A DNA stretch of 64,000 nucleotides from Setoptus koraiensis (lineage: Eukaryota > Animalia > Arthropoda): assembly GCA_048013815.1 (NCBI GenBank), contig CM106586.1:434001-498000 (forward strand). The letters run 5' to 3'. The notes beneath the pieces are model-generated. The model did not search any database. It worked only from the letters and a program-made list of their open reading frames with translations, and was not told where the DNA came from. Positions 27,349-41,935 of this stretch are shown in pieces; position 1 is the stretch's first letter, and each line of letters begins with the position of its first letter. Made by a program: the position numbers and the translations under genes.

Positions 27349-30300
27349 TTCGTTCGAGTTGATGAATATTGTCTTCATATCATCCAATTGCTTTTCTGGT
27401 CTTAGGTGCATATCTAAGACAACTTGAGTCTTTCTACTTGTATCCATATCGTTCAGCGTTCTCGATATAGTGGCAACAACAGCACTTAGAGCAGCTACAG
27501 CTATTGCAGCAACTCCTACATTCTTCTTAACTTTGTTCGATGTACAAATGTCATTCATTTTGTCACCGACCACCTTCTGGAATACATCCTCGCATGTTGT
27601 GGTCATGATTTTATTCATCATATAAATGTCGGTGACATTTCCGAATGAAATTGTGCACGGACTCTTGAATTGCAGGTCTAATTTCACATTCATTTGGCCT
27701 TTTATATGTTTTATTGGCGTCTTGTGCCACAAAACTAAATCTTCCATGGCCATCTCGGACATTTCGGCCGATGAGTTGGCTGTCAGGGCTAGGCATAGAA
27801 GAGAATATAACCCAATAAGTTTGATTAGGGTCATATTCTTCTTCTTGCCTAACACCTTCGTCATTATATCAGCTTTTTGTTCTTCACTTTTTATGTGTTC
27901 GACTTCAAATATTTTCTTTTTGAATGAATCTTTTAGATGGTGATATCTAACATCTATATGTTTGCTTCTCTTACTGAACTCGTCGCTTGATATCAATTTA
28001 ATTGTCGATTGATTATCTATGAAAATTTTTGGACAGGACTGGTCTAATTCAAGTTCTTCTAACACTGATGAACACCATATGAGTTCTTTGGCTGCATCGC
28101 TAGCGGCTATATATTCCGCTTCACAGCTGCTTAAAACCACAATATCTTTGTCGTTTCGATTTGTAGACTATAGGGCCTCCAGACAAGTACATAAGTAGGC
28201 CACTTATAGACTTCCTGTCTGTGACACTTCCCGCCCAGTCGGAGTCTTTGTAAACATTAAGTTGCAGTTGATCTAGTTTCTGATATTTCAGACAGTAATC
28301 TCTTGTTGTGGAGAGATATCTCAGCAGGTGACGAGCTGCCACCCAGTTTTTTTCGTACGGAGAGTTGATGAATCTAGCCAATAGATTCACTGCGAACGTG
28401 ATATCTGGTCTAGACACACAAGCAACATAGTTGAGGCACCCAATTAATTGTCGGTATGGTGCCTCACTAAAAGTGTCTAGATCAGATACGCTGTGAAGAT
28501 TATTTGGGTCAATAATTGGCGTGTAGCAGGGCGAATGTTGTGTCGTACCATATTTGACACAAATCAATTCAGTGTAGCCTCTTTGATGGGCTACAACCAT
28601 TCCATCATCAAACGACAATTCGTAGCCAACAAAGTTATGTAACTCAATAATTTTGATCTCGATTGATTTACTGATTTCATCAATAAACAACTTAGATACA
28701 GTCTTATCTGAAGAGGCCACCAGGCCGTCATCGACATACAGAACCATATACAATGGCTTGTTCATGAAAATATACGCAAGGATCTGAAAATATAGGACGT
28801 ATTTTCAGATCACCTACGATCTGATTGAATCTTTTCCTCCAGCAGAGAGGGGCCTGTTTCAATCCATACAAGGCCTTGTTCAATTTTAGCATGTGGTATT
28901 TGTCACACTCCACTCCCTCTGGTGTTTCTATGTAGATGTCCTCTTCAAGGATGCCGTTAAGAAACGCAGTCTTGACGTCAAACTGTACCACCGAGAGGTT
29001 GAGTTGAGCTATAATAGAGAAGAAAATTTGGGTGTTCTAACGAAGAGCGCCACACTTTGATTTGGATGAAACTCCACACACAGGGCCCGTAGGCCCCCCT
29101 GACAATGCTTTGAGTAGTCCGGAAGTGCGGAAACTTCCGGTTCCGGTTTTACAGAAACTTCAAGATACAAGCATGAAACTCGATATCCAGCTAGATTCAG
29201 ACATGCAGAGCACAATGCTGCCGATTTCGGGATTGTGCAATTCCCGGTTCGTGAGTTATGCAAGGAAAACCGGGTTAGATGAGGAAAAAGTTGGGTTTGG
29301 CCCTGATAAGGGCCGTTTTATCATAGGGTGCTCTCCTCAGCGTGTCGCTCTCATTCATTGCGCGTGATCAAATCTGGCACGTGCGCAATCGATGAAACGC
29401 CGTTATTAGACATGGTGTCAGATATGGTACTTGCGCAATTGATTGGAATTACGTCAATTGGTGAACTGTCAAATCTGACACCTGCGCAATCGATGGGATG
29501 CTGCCAAACCTTCGGCTTCACGGCTCGAGGTCTCATCATCTCTTCTGTTGGCGCATGGATTGCAGTCACGTGAGCGGAGGGTAGAGGGCGAAGCCCGATA
29601 CCCGAAGCGCTCATCAACCCTACCCGAAGGGTTCCCGTCGCACGCAGTCGTCGCGGGAGCGACGACGGAGATGTGACGGCCTCCAAATTACGAGGCCGCA
29701 GGCCGAGTTCTCATACCTATCACAAGCAGAGAGAAGCTAAGGCCTATTTCTGCCATTCCTTGCTGGATTGAATGCGATCTTATCGAGGTACCAAAAATAA
29801 CCCTGAAAAAATACTCGCAATTCCCAAGCGGCTGTCGGGTACCGTGAAACGCCCACTGAGCGGTACCTCGGTTATCTCCGGAACGAGGAATTTCCGCACT
29901 TCCGGACTACCTGTTCGGGTATCGGGCACAATACCCTACCCGAAAATACCCAAAATACCCCAAAAAAAGTGTGGCGCTCTTCGTTAGAACAACCGAAAAT
30001 TCTCATTGAATCGTAACGAACCACAGCAGCGTAAGTCTCGAAAAAGTCTATGCCCTCTCTTTGGGCATAGCCTTTGGCAACAAGCCTAGCTCTAAATTTG
30101 TCGACAGTCCCATTTTTGTTCAGCTTCTTTTTAAAAATCCATCGTGTGCCTAAGGTTTCAATTCCATCTTTTAAAGGCACAACGGCTCATGTTTTATTGG
30201 AGACTAATGATTGTAGTTCATTTTCTATGGCCTCTTTCCACATGCTCTTGTCTTTGCTCTGCATGGCTGCTTTATAATTCTGAGGTTCTATATAAGTTAG

Positions 30301-31910
30301 CCACCCTAGGAAGCCGCTGACGCCACCCTTCTTTATCGACCAAGTCGATGTTCTGATTTCATTGTTGCTTATTTTGTTTGGAGTGGCAACGGCTGCAACT
30401 TTGATTGTATCAGTTGAATCAATGGTATTATTATCCGAAACGTCATTTGTTGACTCATTACATAGCATTGGACTCTCGGCGTTTTCATTAGTTGTTTCAC
30501 AATTTTGTTTGTGATGCTCGGCAAGGGTCTCAAACCTTGGACGTCCAGTCTGCAACTCAATATTATTTCCATCAGTCGACCTGGATTGTGCATTGTTAAT
30601 TTGCACATTGCTTGGCTGGTGTTCAGACATTTCCTCAGTTATATCAACAGATTCAGTATCAGAAGCTGAGAGAGCTTGATTACCTGATCTGATTACAGAG
30701 TTATCAATAACTGATGAAACCACATTCTGTGTATCTATTATTTCCACTTCATTTCCACCATTATCCTCAATAACTGCTCTATCGTTCAAGTAACAATAAC
30801 TTTCATTGAAGTCGACGGGAGTCTCATTATCTTCGACTGTCTCTTTATCAGTTGCGACACCATTGTCGAGTGCTTTGTTATGACTGACAAAAGCCACATT
30901 GCAACTCTTACTAACATCGTTGATTGATAAAGATTCTAAACGTGTTTGACCGTGAGGTGTAACCAACAAAATAGGCATTCAGGGTTTTGGAGTCCCATTT
31001 CGTTAGTTTTCTATCGGTGTCCATCACCTGGACCTCCCGGCCGAATTCTTGTAATATACTAAGGTCGAATTCGTATTTGTGCCATAATTGAAATGGTGTT
31101 TGATCTTTGTTTGATGTGTTTGTTGTTCTATTTAGCGTGAAAACAGCCGTGTAGACGGCTTCTCCCCATAGACTCTTATCCAAGCTACATGCGTTGAGCA
31201 TCGTTCGTGCAGCTTCGATGACTGTACGGTTGGAACGTTCGGCCAAACCGTTCTGTTCAGGAGTATAAGCTGCACTATTTACAAGTTCTATGTGTTCTAC
31301 TAGAAGCAAGGTCATTACTTTTTCATTCAAAAATTCACTGCCTTTGTCAGACCAAAATTTCTGTACTTTTAATTCAGTTTCCGAGTCTACCAAGCTAATG
31401 TATTTAGCGATTGATTCAACGACCTGTGTCTTGCTTGAATTACAATAAACCACCCTATAATGACTGAATTCATTGTTTCCACCGAGACTTACAGGTGATA
31501 CAGGTCCAACCAAGTCGACATGTACAACCTGTCCAATGTGAGTAGCCTTTTCCCTATTAGATATGGGATGGGACACATGCTTCGCCTTGCCACTAGGGCA
31601 CTCAGTGCATGGGCCTCGAGACCGGTCGGTGATGACTATACCTTTCATGCCTTTGTTATGCATACTTCTTATTTTAGGTATGTTTAGATGACATAAAATT
31701 CTATGCCATTCTTCCTCAGTCCTGTTTGTTTTCGATAAGAAAGCTGAATTCGACTTAGGTATCATGTTCAATTTGCAGAGTCCATTTTCAAGTAGAGCAC
31801 CTTGCACCAATACGTGATTATCTTTCATGAAGTCACACCCAGCTTGGTTGAACAAGACCGCGACACCTCTCTTCATGGCACGACCAACCGAAATTAGATT
31901 GGCTGCCATT
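27349..31910 (-). mobile_element. pol: Ty1/Copia element 2 (frameshifted): GAG-pre-IN/IN, RT, RH and the start of an env-like protein
   Basis: SDKGSEF, EQNGLAER, RARLVAKGY, DVKTAFLNG, YVDD, SCEAEY, ADIMTK, followed in frame by a signal peptide and the ...LQFKSPC env motif; both ends cut by HINEs. Confidence 0.9.
29030..29994. mobile_element. Merlin-derived MITE in the Copia 2 RT
   Basis: TIR GG(G/T)TGTTCTAACGAAGAGCGCCACACTTT; TSD GAAAATTT/GAAAATTC. Removal restores YDSMRIF-FSIIAQLNLSVVQFDVK. Confidence 0.9.
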
Positions 31911-34090
31911 TTTAGCGCTTAATTTTAATTAAGTTGCTATTGGTTTGGTGTTTATTGCTAATCTATTCACGTGACAATGTAATCCTATGGAGGTTTGACT
32001 TGGTCAAATTTGTGAGAATCCTGCTAGACATTACACATGTATTCCTATGCAGATTTGACTTGGTCTATTATCGCTTCACTCGAAAATTTTTCGTATGCGA
32101 TCTTATGTAGATTTGACTAGGTCGAATTTGTGAAGAGTTCGGTGGTGACAAATCGAACTTCAAAATTGAAAATTCGAATTTCTAATGGGAGTTTCAGCTG
32201 CTAGTTCGAAGTTAGTGGTTCAGTGTTCTTAGTTCCATGGTCAGAGTTCGGTGGTCACATTTCGAACTTCGAACTTCAATCTTCGAACTTCGAAATTGAA
32301 AATTGAAAATTCGAATTTCTGTTGACAGTTTCATCTGCTCGTTCGATGTTCGACGGTCAGAGTTCGGTGGTCAGAGTTCGATGGTCGCAATTCGAACTCC
32401 GAACATGGGAATTCGAAATTGAAAATTCGGATTTCTGATGACAGTTTCAGCTCCATTGTCGGAGTTCGATGGTCAGAGTTCGATGGTCACATTTCGAACT
32501 TCGAAATTCGAAATTGAAAATTTCATTTCCTGATGATAGTTTCATCTGCTTTGTCGAAGTTTCTTGGTTCAGTGTGCGAAGTTCGATGGTTACAATTGGG
32601 AGTTCGGTGGTCACATTTCGAACTTCGAAATTCCAAGTTGAAAATTCGAATTCCTGTTGACAGTTTCATCTGCTTGTTCGATGTTCGATGGTAAGTGTTC
32701 GATGGTCGGAGTTCGATGGTCACATTTCGAAGTTCGGTGGTAACAATTCGAAATTCGAAATTGAAAATTCGATTTTCTGAAATGAGTTTCAGCTGCTCCG
32801 TCAATGTTCGTGGTTCAGTGTCCGAAGTTCGATGGTTACAATTCGAAGTTCGGTGGTCACATTTCGAACTTTGAAATTTCGAAATTGAAAATTCGAATTT
32901 CTGTTGACAGTTTCATCTGCTCGTTCGATGTTCGACGGTCAGTGTTCGGTGGTCACAATTTGATGGTCACAATTCGAAGTTCGAAATTCGAAAATTGAAA
33001 ATTCGAATTCCTGATGAGAGTTTCAGCTGCTCGTTCGATGTTCGATGGTCAGTGTTCGAAGGTCAGTGTTCGATGGTCAGTGTTTGATGGTCACATCTTG
33101 GACTTAGAAATTCGAAAATTGAAAATTCCAATTCCTGATGATAGTTTCAGCTGCTCGTTCGATGTTCGATGGTCAGAGTTCGATGTTCGATAGTCACAAT
33201 TCGAACTTCGAAATTCGAAAATTGAAAATTTGAATTCCCAATGATAGTTTCAGCTGCATTGTCGGAGTTCGATGGTCAGAGTTCGATGTGCGATGGTCAT
33301 AGTTCGATGTTCGATAGTCACAATTCGATTCTCACAATTTGAACTTCGAAATTTGAACTTCGAAATTCGAAATTCTAAATTGAAAATTCTGATGAGAGTT
33401 TCAGATGCTTGTTCTATGTTCGATGGTCAGAGTTCGATGTTCGACGGTCAGAGTTCGATGTTCGATGGTCACAATTCGAACTTCGAAAATTGAAAATTCG
33501 AATTTCGAATTTCTTATGATAGTTTAATCTGCTCTGTCGATGTTTGATGGTCAGTATTCGATGTCCGAGGTTCGATGGTCATATTCCGAACGTCGAACTT
33601 CGAACTTCGAAATTGAAAATTCGTATTTTCGATACGAGTTCCAGGTGATCGTACAGAGTTCGATGGTCACAATTCGAACTTCGATATTCGAAATTGATGC
33701 ACAATAACTGAGTGTGCGCCATTGACTAATTGGTGTGTCCAACTAAATTACTCATTGTGGCGAAACTGACCATTAGAATCTTACCAAAATCCGTACGCAT
33801 GCAATCAACATGTGAATCATGCTGCGAAAGAAATTTGGAGTCCCAAGTGCTTGTACAGAGTTCGATGGTCACAATTCGAAGTTCGCTGGTGACAATTCGA
33901 AGTTCGATGGTCACATTTCGAACTTCGAGATTCAAAATTGATGCACTATAACAAAGTGTGCGCCATTGACTAATTGGTGTGTCTAACTTGATTACTCATT
34001 GCGGCGAAACTGACTATTAGAATCTTACTAAATTCCATACGCAAGCAATCGACATGTGTATCATGCTGCGATAGAATCAGTATCACTTGT
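31911..34090 (+). mobile_element. HINE-B with minisatellite
   Basis: 5' TTTTAGCGCTTAATTTTAATTAAG; 3' (partly deleted hairpin) ATCAGTATCACTTGT. Confidence 0.8.
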
Positions 34091-34644
34091 TATTTCTACA
34101 GTTTCGATGAATCTTTTCTGATCCGCCATTTTCCTCCTTAATTTCGAATATTCTTTCATCAAAGGATCACCGTATTGCCCTTTAGCATCTGAGTATGCGC
34201 ACTCTCGGTTTGTGCCGTCTTTCATTTGTAATAAAACCCTAGTTCCTCGGCCACCCTTCATATCGACAATTGGTAATACTGCCTGAACCTTAGTCTTCGG
34301 AGGAATTTTCCCCTCGAAGATATCCACCTTTTTTGCCAAATTCTGCGCAGGCGGTACGCTGATGGACTCACTGAGTTTAGTTGAGTGCATCATTGAAATC
34401 AGTCCTTGAAAGGTGAAATCAATGGCCACTGATTCTGATGCGGCATTGGATTGAGATGCGAATGGTGATGCGGTTTGAAATGCGGATGCCGATTCATATG
34501 CGGATGTGTATGCTGATGTGGACTTGGACACCGGCTGTAGTGTCATGTCGATGAGATTATTTACGCTGTCGGCCATAGTAGGCGGCTGCATAGCGGCAAT
34601 GAGTTCGCGCATTGCAGATGCCGTTTCCTCAAGGAGGCGAAACT
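34091..34644 (-). pseudogene. Paralogue of the 15497 ORF, between two HINE 3' ends
   Basis: ORF 34061-34612 aligns with 15497-16123. Confidence 0.55.
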
Positions 34645-34663
34645 GACTAGTAGAATCTTATTA

Positions 34664-35535
34664 GGTTGTTGTAGCGATTAGGTCCCAGCGCCGATCATGA
34701 TGATACTTGCGGTACAGGTTCATCTTGACCCAAAACCATTGGAAAAAGTGGTCCGGAAGTGCGGAAACTTCCGGTTCCGGTTTTACCTAAAGTTGCTTCT
34801 AGAGAGTTGAAACTCACCAGACTGACGTTCTAGATGACGATTAACAGGATGACATAACTTTCAGCTCTTCACCACTTCCAGTTCTCTGGTTATAGCGATA
34901 TCTCTAGAATTGAGAGACCAGAAGTTGCCGAATTCCGGCTCCGCTACACTCAGGGATGAGCCTGCAATTGTTCTTAGAACTCGGCCTGCGGCCTCGTATT
35001 CTGGAGGCCGTCACATCTCCGTCGTCGCTCCCGCGACGACTGCGTGCGACGGGAACCCTTCGGGTAGGGTTGATGAGCGCTTCGGGTATCGGGCTGCGCC
35101 CTCTACCCTCCGCTCACATGACTGCAATCCAAACACAGCTGCAGGCGGGAAGAGTGTGCGAACCAGCCAAAAGAGAATGAGAAAGAAGGGATTAAATGAC
35201 TGAAACAGACGTGAATACAGAGGGCAGCGAGTACGAGGCACAGGATAGGTCCGCTTACCGCAACCGCACAGGCCCGGCCTCACCCTAAAATTTGGTTTAA
35301 CCTCTATATCCTATGAACCGGAAATTAAATCGGATTGATTTTGATCCCATCATGCTCCGCTAGGTGTCCACCATCTGATTCTGAAGTTTCGAAGCTCTAT
35401 CTCAAAATTTTTGCATCTCCGGAACCGGAAGTTTCCGCACTTCCGGACTACTCAATTCATAATAAAGGGCCCTTGTGGGGCCTGTATGTCAAGTTTCATG
35501 ATGATCGGCGCTGGGACCTAATCGCAACAACACCC
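34664..35535. mobile_element. Merlin-derived MITE inside a HINE 3' segment (34645-35756)
   Basis: TIR with core AGCGATTAGGTCCCAGCGCCGATC; perfect TSD TCTTATTA. Confidence 0.88.
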
Positions 35536-35857
35536 TCTTATTAAATTTCGTACGCAAGCAATCGACATGTGTATCATGCTGCGATAGAAAATTGGAGAAC
35601 TTGTATTTATTCTGTCATCTTTTCGGCTACTCTGATCTGACAGGCATAGATGCTTATCTCCGACATGTTGTCACATACTCGCATCTATGTACCAACGATA
35701 CTCGTCTATCTAAAAAATTAAGCGCTCGAGATACTGATCGAATCAGTATCACTTGTTGGTACATGAAGAACGTCATTGACCTCGAGTGTACCTGTTGTAC
35801 CATCTGTGAACGTTGTTTTGAACAGAACTGTACCAATACCCGCAATCTCTAATTCTG

Positions 35858-36630
35858 GGTTATTCTATCTAATAGCGCCACACTTTTTTCGGGGTATTTT
35901 GGATATTTTCGAGTAAGGTATTGTACTCTGATACCGGAATGTGTATTCCGGAAGTGCGGAAATTCCTAGTTCCCGAGATAACCGAGGTACCGCACGGGAG
36001 GCGTTTCTTGATACCCGACAACCGCTAGCGATTTCTGAGGTATTTTTTTAGGGTATTTCCACTATTTTTGGGTAGACAAACTCATTCCAAACTCATCTGG
36101 GTGAGAAAATATCAATAAACAGTTCGGCCAGCGACAAATTTTCCGTAGATTTGAGCTTCGCTGCACTCGAACATAATCCTGAGATTGTTCTGAGAACTCG
36201 GCCTACGGCCTCGTAATTTGGAGGCCGTCACATCTCCGTCGTCGCTCCCGCGACGACTGCGTGCGACGGGAACCCTTCGGGTAGGGTTGATGAGCGCTTC
36301 GGGTATCGGGCTACGCCCTCTACCCTCCGCTCACATGACTGCAATCCATACACGAAAGTAGGTTGTGTAACATACTGCCGAATTCTATTACGATCGCTCA
36401 TTATCTCAAAAACTGGAAGTCCAACAGATATCAAAATGACTTCAACGTGCTCATCATAGTCATATCAGGCTCTATGTTAAGTTTCTAAGCTGTATCTGCA
36501 AGTTTATGTGAAACCGGAACCGGAAGTTTCCGCACTTCCGGACCACTCATAGTATTGTCAGGGGGCCCTGTGGCCTCCATCTGTGAAGTTTCATGAAAAT
36601 CGGAGTGTGGCGCTATTAGATAGAATACCC
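35858..36630. mobile_element. Merlin-derived MITE with non-matching flanks
   Basis: TIR GG(T/G)TATTCTATCTAATAGCGCCACAC; no TSD. Confidence 0.8.
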
Positions 36631-37876
36631 GGTAAATTATGAGATAATAATGGGAAAGAGGTGCAGCAAACGCAACCAAATGAGTACCAAAAAATTGTTT
36701 GAACACACCGAATGCAAGGGGGTCGAAGAAACAATCATTACAAAACCATGTATCCAAATCAAGCACGATGGGCAACTCATCAAAGTTAACTGTCAAGGCC
36801 ACACCATTATTTTAAATAACACCAAACTGGACTGCCCGAGTCACATTTTTTCACTGGATGAAGACACAAACTTTGTTATCGATGGGGAGAGATTCAAATA
36901 CGCCACATCAAATGTCACCAGACGAGTAAAATCCCCAGACATAACCGAAAAGGTGAACCTACAACTGGGAACTTCGAGGAGCCTATTCAAGTCAATCCCA
37001 GCCAGTAAACGGCAGGAGATTGAGGAAAAGCAAGTGGAAGAACAGCTCAAAAGGGATTCCATGGAACTACTCAAAGCAGAAGATGAATGGCATAACCACC
37101 CAAAAGTATTGCTCAACACTGCCCACACGATCATTGACGCAATCGGTGAATATATCGCAATCGCCGTAGGACTACTCTTGGGGTGCCTGTGGATCAAAGC
37201 AAGGGCCAACCGACGCGTTGCAGCCACCTCGACAGGAACCATAATAGTGGGACTAGTACTGTTACCCACCAGTGTCTTCTGCGCAACATCAGAATCTATT
37301 GGCGTACAAATGAGTGCAAATGAGGCCACGGAAGACATAAGACGACTACAGCAACGCATCTATGCAGAAAAATGCAATCCCTGGGATCTAATCTCTGACG
37401 CCTCAGATCTCCGTCGACTCGAGGGAAATGCCTATTATGCGATCAGTCTGACATGCACACTCGCATCTGTGAACATTGAACGTCCGTGCGGAACGCTCAT
37501 GGAGCATATCCCGCTAGTCTATGCTGACAGCGAGGTAGCATACGACGGAGAAGGCGAGTGCCACAACCAGAAAATGCAAAAGCAACATCACCCGATGGCA
37601 AACCGATTTCAAATAGCAACTGAACACATCTGTGGATACAGAAATCAAGAATACTCGTGGAAAAAGCATTTTGGCCAACTACTCGGAGCCGGGTGCATTT
37701 TAGCCAAAAAGATGTTTAACTGCCACTGTCAGGGGAGAGCGATAAACCATCGAATATGGGATGATCACACTACCATAATAATGACGGACTTAATGGTAGA
37801 AGCGAGCACGAGGAACCGATGTAACTGTAGAATGAAGGAGGAACCAGAAGATGAGAGCAGAGTCAGGGGAAATTTC
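36631..37876 (+). CDS. env: Env C-terminus of LTR element 4 plus an extra downstream domain; continues after the Merlin at 43215
   Basis: IKVNCQGHTIILNNTKLDCPSHIFSL matches the env motif; TM YIAIAVGLLLGCLWI; second hydrophobic segment. Confidence 0.65.
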
Positions 37877-39036
37877 GGTTATACTGGAGAATAGCGCCGC
37901 ACTTTTTTTGGGGTATTTTGGGTATTTTTGGGTAGGGTATCGTACCCTGGTACTGGTTTTATTCCGGAAGTGCGGAAATTTCTAGTTCCATTTCCGGAAG
38001 TCCGACTCCCGACAGCCGCTAGCGCCCCCTAGACCTTGCGAGATATTTGATTTCAGGGTAGATTATTGAACTTATCTCGATCAGTCCGAAGTCGACTCCC
38101 GACAGCGCTGGGGATTTGCGGATTCAGGGTATTTTTGACTCGATGCAAGCGCACATAAGCAGGAAGCAGATAAAGGCCTTTGCTTCGCTCGGCTTGTGAT
38201 GGGTCTGAGAACTCGGCCTGCGGCCTCGTAATCTGGAGGCCGTCACATCTCCGTCGTCGCTCCCGCGACGACTCCGTGCGACGGGAACCCTTCCGGTAGG
38301 GTTGATGAGCGCTTCGGGTGCCGGGCTGCGCCCTCTACCCTCCGCTCACGTGACTGCAATCCACACACCGACAAAAGAGATGATCAGACTGCGAACTGGG
38401 ACCATCCCATCGATTGCGCATGTGTCAGATTTGACAGTTCATCAATCAACGTAATTCCGATCAATTGCGCATATTCACCATCTGACAGTAGGTCTAGCAG
38501 CCACGTACTCGATCTTAGCGCATGCGCAATGCCCATGTCGGCAAGAAGTCCCTGTGTGGACGGTTGGGACTCGTACCTGGGCCGTTCAAGTGAATTGACG
38601 GGGCTTGAACGGATGAGCTACGGGGGGCTACCCAATAATGGTGTGGTTAAAACTCGACATGATCATCGCGCACTTTCATTCATGACTATTCGCGCGCTGT
38701 CGAGGCAATTTCGCTCCGATCACCTGTAGACGAACCTGCGGCGCATGTCCGCACTTAAGGATGTAGGTTCCTCACCCGTCAGGGTCACCGCCATTTTTTG
38801 CTGTGTTAAATTTCCATAGACCATTTTGAGCTGTGCCAATACCAAATCTAGGCACAGTTATCTTCGACATGATGTCTGCGCCTAATGCATTGTCAAAGGC
38901 ACTTAAAGCAGTGGACTTTAAATAGGAGTACCACTCTTTGTCCATCCTATCTCTCTCTCAACAGTCTAATAGGATAATTCATTCAATATCTTCTATTCCA
39001 TCTTATCTACTCTTTCTTTCTACAGATCAATTAACT

Positions 39037-40982
39037 ACAAGTAATACTGATCAAATCAGTATTTCGAGCGCTTAATTTTTTGTGTGGACAAGTATTGTTG
39101 AAGGATTCAAAGGAGCTTATGACAACCTGTTAACCAACGAACTTCAAAATGTGACCATCGAACATTGACCATCGAACATCGAACGAGCAGATGAAACTAT
39201 CATTAGGAATTCGAATTTTCAATTTCGAATTTCTAAGTTCGAAATGTGACCATCGAACTCTGACCATCGAATTCTGACCATCGAACTCCGACAGAGCCGA
39301 TGAAACTATCATCAGAAATTCGAATTTTCAATTTTCGAATTTCGAATTGTGACCATCGAACTCTGACCATCGAACTTCGAACTCTGACGATCGAACTTCG
39401 AACTCTGACCATCGAACGAGCACCTGAAACTATCATCAGAAATTCGAATTTTCAATTTTCGAATTTCGAAGTTCGAAATGTGACCATCGAACTCTGACCA
39501 TCGAACTTCGAACTCTGACCATCGAACTCTGACCACCGAACTCTGACCATCGAACTCCGACAGAGCAGATGAAACTATCATCAGAAATTCGAATTTTCAA
39601 TTTTCGAATTTCGAAGTTCGAAATGTGACCATCGAACATTGACCATCGAACTCTGACCATCGAACTCCGACAGAGCAGATGAAACTATCATCAGAAATTC
39701 GAATTTTCAATTTTCGAATTTCGAAGTTCGAAATGTGACCATCGAACATTGACCATCGAACTCTGACCATCGAACTCTGACCATCGAACTCCGACAGAGC
39801 AGATGAAACTATCATCAGAAATTCGAATTTTCAATTTTCGAATTTCGAAGTTCGAAATGTGACCATCGAACTCTGACCATCGAACTTCGAACTCTGACCA
39901 TCGAACATCGAACGAGCACCTGAAACTATCATCAGAAATTCGAATTTTCAATTTTCGAATTTCGAATTGTGACCATCGAACACTGACCATCGAACACTGA
40001 TCATCGAACATCGAACGAGCACCTGAAACTATCATCAGAAATTCGAATTTTCAATTTTCGAATTTCGAAGTTCGAAATGTGACCATCGAACATTGACCAT
40101 CGAACTCTGACCATCGAACTCCGACAGAGCAGATGAAACTATCATCAGAAATTCGAATTTTCAATTTTCGAATTTCGAAGTTCGAAATGTGACCATCGAA
40201 CTCTGACCATCGAACTTCGAACTCTGACCATCGAACATCGAACGAGCACCTGAAACTATCATCAGAAATTCGAATTTTCAATTTTCGAATTTCGAATTGT
40301 GACCATCGAACACTGACCATCGAACACTGATCATCGAACATCGAACGAGCACCTGAAACTATCATCAGAAATTCGAATTTTCAATTTTCGAATTTCGAAT
40401 TGTGACCATCGAACACTGACCATCGAACACTGATCATCGAACATCGAACGAGCAGATGGAAATGTCATCAGAAATTCGAATTTTCAATTTCGAATTTCGA
40501 AGTTCGAAATGTGACCATCGAACTCCGACCACCGAACTCTGGCCATGGAACTTCGAACTCCAACCATCGAACATCGAACGAGCACCTGAAACTATCATCA
40601 GAAATTCGAATTGTCAATTTCGAAGTTCGAAATGTCACCACCGAACTCCGACCATGGAACTAAGAAAACTGAACCACTAACTTTGGACGAGCAGCTAAAA
40701 CTCTTATTAGAAATTCGAATTTTCAATTTTGAAGTTCGATTTGTCACCACCGAACTGCGCACAAATGTGACCTAGTCAAATCTCCATAGAATTGCATACG
40801 AAATATTTTCGAGTGAAGGGATAATAGACCAAGTCGAATCTACATCGGAATACATGTGTAATGTCAAGCAGGATTCTCACAAATTTGACTAAGTCAAACC
40901 TCCATAGGATTACATAGTCACGTGAATAAACGTAGTCATAATCACCACCCCAATAGCAGCTTAATTAAAATTAAGCGCTAAA
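39037..40982 (-). mobile_element. Complete HINE-B with a long GACCATCGAACT minisatellite
   Basis: Both ends intact (3' hairpin plus subTIR; 5' subTIR plus TTAATTAA). Confidence 0.85.
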
Positions 40983-41014
40983 AAATAACTAAACAAAAAA
41001 AAAGACAATTCAAT

Positions 41015-41935
41015 ATGGATCCACTTGGTGGCGTATGGTCGCAGGTTCGCCTGGATCGGGAAGTTAAGCTCTCGGACAAGCGCGCTTGCATAGAATGGTG
41101 CCAGCGGGTAGGCGTAATACCGCAGTCGATACAATGCCGGCGCGACAGGGTAGCGTTCAAGCTATCACCTCGCGCTGACTGTCAGGTGTTCGGCTACTGC
41201 TAGTGGTGCAGCAAGTGCCGCACAAGGAAGGCGTTGGGCGTGGGCACCCCATTCGAAGAGGCCCGTATCGACATCGGCCGGGCATTGGTGATCGCATTGT
41301 GCTTTGCAAACGGCGATACGTATGACAGCACAATCAAGGCGTGTTCATACGACGGTACCGCGCCAGACAGCCATACTATAGCTCACTGGTTCGACTACTT
41401 TAGGAGTCTGACATCTGACTGGGCAGACCGGTACCAGAACCCGTCTACTAAAATAGGCGGACCTGGTCGGGTGGTGCAGATCGATGAAGTTCTGATAGGT
41501 CGTCGCAAGTACCATAGAGGGCGCATGGTCACTGGCCAATGGGTATTAGGCATGATCGACGACAGCGGCGAGCTGCGGCTTGATATTTGCCCTGGAAACC
41601 GCGGAAATCAAGCAGCTCTAATACCATTAACAGAGCGCCACGTTGAGCAGGGATCGGTCATACACACCGACGAGTGGCCTGCGTACAGGGTATTGGATAC
41701 CCTAGGATACACACACAAGACGGTCTGTCATAAGCGTCAATTCGTAGCTGCTGATGGGACACACACACAGCGCATCGAAGCGACTTGGCGATCTCTGCGC
41801 AGGAAATTCACGAAAGGAGGCCATCGGATAGATGACATCTCAGAGCACCTTATCGAATACCTGTGGCGCAGAGACTGCGCACGCTCGAACGACGACCCAT
41901 TCGCCACACTCGTTAGGATGATGCGCATTGAGTAG
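41015..41935 (+). pseudogene. Merlin (DDE_Tnp_IS1595-type) transposase with one premature TAG at 41201
   Basis: Zn-ribbon Cys pairs, VVQIDE, GRRKYHRGR, WVLGM, HTDEWPAY, HTQRIEATW; the two ORF pieces are in the same frame. Confidence 0.88.
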
